Assembly (NCBI GenBank): GCA_009103225.1
Contig: RHPI01002161.1
Location: forward strand, 68,145-132,144
Direction: 5' to 3'
DNA from: Chlorokybus atmophyticus
Taxonomy: Eukaryota; Plantae; Mesostigma and Chlorokybus algae
Length of the DNA stretch: 64,000 bases
Part shown: in pieces, positions 60,200-64,000 of the stretch
Layout: each line of letters opens with the position of its first letter
How positions within the stretch are numbered: position 1 is the first letter of the stretch
Notes under the pieces: model-generated
Seen by the model: the letters and a program-made list of their open reading frames with translations, nothing else
Databases searched by the model: none
Told to the model about the DNA's origin: nothing
Position numbers and translations under genes: made by a program

Positions 60200-61666
60200 C
60201 TATTCAACCTTCTTGGCTTTGCCCTTCGCCTTCGTAGGACAGGCCTTTGCAACGTGACCCGGCTGATGGCAGATGAAACAGGTGCGAGCTGCAGTAGGTG
60301 CATTACCAGCAGACGTACCACCAATTCGAGGAGCGAATGTCTTCGCTTTCTTCGCCACATGTACACTCGGCGGAGGATAGCGCTTTATTCCCCCCCCTTG
60401 CGGCTTGGCCATAGCTGTCACGTTCGACTTTTCCTGCACGACCGTGTCATCATTGTACAGGTAAACACTTAGCTTTTGCAGCTTGGCCAAGTCATCAGGA
60501 ACCCAAGGAAGCCCCGTTGCAGTGTTGTACTGCAGCTGATCGCGAACACGCGCATCCAAGCCACGCTTGTACAACTCGAACTGCTCAGCTTTGTCCATAG
60601 GCATCAGGCCGCTATTGGCACGACCAACTAATGCTTGGAACTCCTGCAGATACACTGATGCTGCTCGACCATTCTGTCGCAACTTGCTAAGTTTGTTACG
60701 AGCCTGAGTAGCCGGATCCATGCCACCATAGCGCTCCATCAGAAACTGAAACAGTGCTGGTACTGTCTTCACAGCGCCATGCTCTGTTTGTCGTGCCCAC
60801 TCGGCGAGAGCATCAGATGGCATAAGCAACTCAGCAACGGCAACGTGCTCACCCACCGGGCGCTTTAGCGCTGTCAGGTAATGTTCGACAGTCACCACCC
60901 AATCATGGATACTTACACTACCGTTAGGCTTGAACTTTTCAGGTTTGTTCAATGCCGTAACCGGCAGCCCCACTGATGCGCCAACTGATGAAGCAGCACC
61001 CGCTACTTGCTGACGCAGCGCCATCAACTCAGATTGCATCGCATCGAGGCGTGCCTCCAACTTCACTCGGCCAGCCAACTTATTTTCCAAGTTAGGTCCC
61101 AAGTACCAGAACACATCCTTGCAACGCTGCTGCGTTTCAACCATCAAGTTGGCTAAGGCCTCAAACGCCATCCGCTTCCCTTCGTATGGGAGCGGCCTAT
61201 CGTAGACGGCCATCAGAGCAGCCACTTTTGGATCACCACGCACGAGTGGCGGAACATTGTTCGTCAACTCGTGCTCAATCATGCGGATCACCATCTCCTT
61301 ACTAGTGCGAGGGAGAGTGGCAAAATCTGTTTCATAGCCATTACGAACCTTCTGCGCCCATGCATCCCACACTTCTTGACGAAGCTGCGGGTGGGCGTCA
61401 AGTAAAGTCTTGCGCTCGCGCGCATACTTTTCAATGGCTCCGCCAATGACACTCGGTGTGTCCATTACAGCTGGCTCACTGTGGGTAGACAGGTCGGGGG
61501 AAGCTTCGCTATCTTGCTTAGCCTCTTCTTCCTTGTCACTGTCAGTGAGCTTATAGCTCTCACTCGTGTCCGAGTCCCTCACTTTGTCATCACTGGATGG
61601 CTCATATGAGGATGATGAATCAGGGACGGTGAAGTACTTTTCACCTCCCTCTCCTTGGTCAGACAT
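60200..61666 (-). CDS. gag: Gag (488 aa) with CCHC zinc knuckle
   Basis: ATG at 61666. Capsid-like 'KPEKF...W...VEHYL' and 'ARNKLSKLRQ'. Ends 'CFICHQPGHVAKAC...KKVE*'. Confidence 0.93.
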   Translation of the reverse strand: MSDQGEGGEKYFTVPDSSSSYEPSSDDKVRDSDTSESYKLTDSDKEEEAKQDSEASPDLSTHSEPAVMDTPSVIGGAIEKYARERKTLLDAHPQLRQEVWDAWAQKVRNGYETDFATLPRTSKEMVIRMIEHELTNNVPPLVRGDPKVAALMAVYDRPLPYEGKRMAFEALANLMVETQQRCKDVFWYLGPNLENKLAGRVKLEARLDAMQSELMALRQQVAGAASSVGASVGLPVTALNKPEKFKPNGSVSIHDWVVTVEHYLTALKRPVGEHVAVAELLMPSDALAEWARQTEHGAVKTVPALFQFLMERYGGMDPATQARNKLSKLRQNGRAASVYLQEFQALVGRANSGLMPMDKAEQFELYKRGLDARVRDQLQYNTATGLPWVPDDLAKLQKLSVYLYNDDTVVQEKSNVTAMAKPQGGGIKRYPPPSVHVAKKAKTFAPRIGGTSAGNAPTAARTCFICHQPGHVAKACPTKAKGKAKKVE

Positions 61667-62479
61667 CTGCCCAAGGATAACACTGTTCAAATAGTGCACA
61701 AACACGGAAAGTTGTGCACTATGAAAACGTCGAATACTAGTGATTTTGTCCTGTCAAGTTTGGAGGGGTAAACGTGGAGTATTCAGCCCAAACAAGAGCT
61801 CTCCACACACCTCTCAACTAGACAATCACTGTGCAACAAACCGCACGCGAATGCACGCGACGGCTCACGAGCTATGGCTGCTCAAAGTTTTCACTTTGTA
61901 CAACCCAGCTCAACTTACAATCACAATTGACACCCAAAGTGCCAAAATCTCGTTGAATCAGCACTACAGGCTGATATCGACAAGTTGTGAGTTGTGAGTT
62001 TGATATCGACCGCACAGAAAAATTCTGGCGGCCTCACCGCACTGACTGGCGGTACCGAGACAGTCGATGTTGCCACCGAACTGCCCCCAAGGGAATTCAT
62101 CCAAAAAAATAGATAAAAAGCCCTTCACCACCACGAATCCACGTGGTGGTTAGCACACAAAGATTATAGTAAACAATATATGATTACTATGTTATGTGCT
62201 TGGATGCAATGCTTCAGGGAGGGGCCGAGATGGCCGCCCCCCCTTCACACAATAACAACTAAACTAGGACAAGTTAGGCATGGCATGGCATGGCATGCAT
62301 AGGCTAGGCTAGGCTAGGCTAGGCACCAGCAGCAGCGTTTAACTACAACAGTTAAACCAAACAAAACTTTTAACTACCGCTAGTTTGCCGCCGCAGTGCC
62401 GCCTGCCGACGCAGTGCCTGCCGCCGCCCCTGCAGTGCCTGCCGCCTGCCGCCCCTCCCACAGGCCCCTTGCCGCCCGT

Positions 62480-62491
62480 GCTCCGATACCA
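62480..62491 (-). promoter_or_regulatory. Primer-binding site, tRNA-iMet-like
   Basis: TGGTATCGGAGC lies 1 nt after the 5' LTR, one mismatch to the canonical TGGTATCAGAGC. Confidence 0.85.
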
Positions 62492-62492
62492 A

Positions 62493-62831
62493 TGTCAGGA
62501 GAGAGGGTGTGCCCCTCCTCCCTTTAATCCCCTACCCCAACACCACCACCAGCCTCGCCGCCGCCGCCGCCACTGCCGGGGCAGTTGCCAGAGCAAAAGA
62601 TGCTCTGGCTATGGCGGCCGCTGCGTTAGCAGCGCCGCCATGCAGCTGATATCCACATGAGACTCATGTCTCATGTCGATATCAGTGTTATAGTTAAGTA
62701 ACACTACATTAGGGCCTTAACACTAGGTTAACGACCCTAATAAGGCTTAATAGGCTGTATAATCCCGTTGGGACCCTTATTTAATCCTAAATAAGGGCGG
62801 GGAACCTCTATGGAGGTAGCACACCGTTACA
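62493..62831 (-). repeat. 5' LTR
   Basis: 339 bp, followed on the minus strand by the PBS. Confidence 0.98.
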
Positions 62832-62836
62832 GTTAT

Positions 62837-64000
62837 GCAAGCAAGTTACCGCCCGTCCCTATATGTTGGCGAGGAATGCCCGTAAGTCGAGGCGGTGGTA
62901 CAATGCAATTATTGTACCAAATTAATGGTACAAAATTGCCATTGCTATAATGACATATATATAATCGTACCATTTGAATGATACGACGATGCCATTGTAC
63001 CGTTAAGCGTGAATGACTTGAGCAGCCTAGGTCGTTCAACCGCTCAACGCCTTAAAGTGTTGAACAGGTGAGCGCTGGGCGGCGGCGGCGGCGGCGGCGG
63101 CGATGGCGACGGCCTGCATGAAGTAAGCTTGTATGCTGACGTTGTTATGCGCATGCAAGCTAATTGCCGTTCTTGTCTTTGGGCGGCCCTGGCCAGACCA
63201 AACTAGGCCAGGCCAGGACAAACCAGGCCAGGCTAGGCCAAGCTAAGCCAGGCGGCGGCGGCGGCAGCGGTATGGTAAGCGACAGCATGCGAGTGTGAAG
63301 GTTGTGTATGTTGCTGTTGACTGCGCTTGATTAATTGCCCTGTGCTTTGCTGGAGCGGCGGTGGATAAGGAGCGACGGCGGAGGTGGAGCGCGGTGCATG
63401 AGCGCCGGTTTATATTAAGGCCTTAGACTAGGGTAGTAGTAATGGTAGTAGTAGCTCACAATAGGTAATTTAGATTGCGCTTACATGGTAGTACTTTTAT
63501 AACTTGCAATATACGTTGTTTCATTAATTTAATTTCAGTCGCCATCTTGCTTGTCACGCATTTGAGTATCTAGTCATGAACTGAACGGCATTAAACAGTA
63601 CCTTCAGACGTACCTATCAATAACGGTCGGTAGGGAACAGGTACCATGAGGTACCTGTTAGTCACACTGAGTTAGTGTACAGTCACCGGTACACTAACTG
63701 TACCTAATTAACAGGTACCGGTACCGGACTTGTTGCACCCATCATGGCAAAATGTTTCCCGCGCCGGCTGACTCAATATTGGCAACGGCATGCACTTGAA
63801 GATACTCACTCTTTGGACTGTCATGGCTTAGTCCACCGAGAATCTCGATACAGGGACCTGAGCATAACGGCTGTCACCATCAGTCGGCGGCCGTCTACGG
63901 GAAGGGCCTGACCCTAATCGACAGATACCTGTCAAGTACCCATCCGTCAAGCAAACGGGACTTAATTCAACTGACAAGTAACCAACCTGTCTCCAACAAT
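62837..64000. mobile_element. Right part of the unclassified hairpin- and GTAC-rich host repeat
   Basis: Non-coding, with many stem-loops and GCC and GGCYA microsatellites. Shares motifs with 55530-55967 (inverted GGCTGTCAC at 63869; ACCCTAATCG at ~55820 and ~63910). Confidence 0.4.

Larger units (their letters stand above)
55968..62831 (-). mobile_element. Intact Ty3/gypsy chromovirus LTR retrotransposon
   Basis: LTRs 55968-56306 and 62493-62831 (339 bp each, TG..CA). TSD GTTAT at 55963-55967 and 62832-62836. PBS, PPT and gag-PR-RT-RH-IN-chromodomain are all present. Confidence 0.98.

Noticed and set aside
1-64000. Many overlapping and antisense ORFs; CRISPR, tRNA or rRNA genes
   Set aside because: The extra ORFs are shadows of GC-rich exons or RY-rich introns. 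No repeat-spacer array or structural RNA gene was recognised.

Overview
Eukaryotic, intron-rich green-lineage DNA, probably a streptophyte alga (inferred from a LUX-type GARP gene with its N-terminal motif, a PGRL2-like gene and a plant-type kinesin-4 with a CXC tail). It holds about 11 spliced genes: LUX/PCL1-like transcription factor, a modular secreted protein (Sib-like N-domain, Cys-rich, SPPPP, PAN-like; apparent frameshifts), plastid aldolase, kinesin-4, an alpha/beta hydrolase, an unknown helical protein, DBR1, PGRL2-like, a giant (~2,257 aa) low-complexity repeat protein, IspH/HDR and a RING plus coiled-coil protein. Mobile DNA: a solo LTR with TSD (6586-7648), a decayed Penelope-like RT (54620-55520) and a very young intact chromovirus (55968-62831; 339-bp LTRs differing at one base, GTTAT TSD) nested in an unclassified hairpin-rich repeat. 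Best leads: (1) the giant protein has ~24 dehydrin-K-segment-like amphipathic motifs and candidate lipid anchors at both ends; (2) chromovirus gag and pol are in frame across a single UAG with a candidate pseudoknot, followed by an extra, possibly adenine-methyltransferase-derived domain; (3) a perfect 21-bp hairpin encodes a uORF whose stop overlaps the start codon of the secreted gene; (4) at least five GC-AG introns, two in DBR1. Gene models were spliced by hand and family calls come from remembered motifs, with no database searches. There is one assembly gap (6398-6454).
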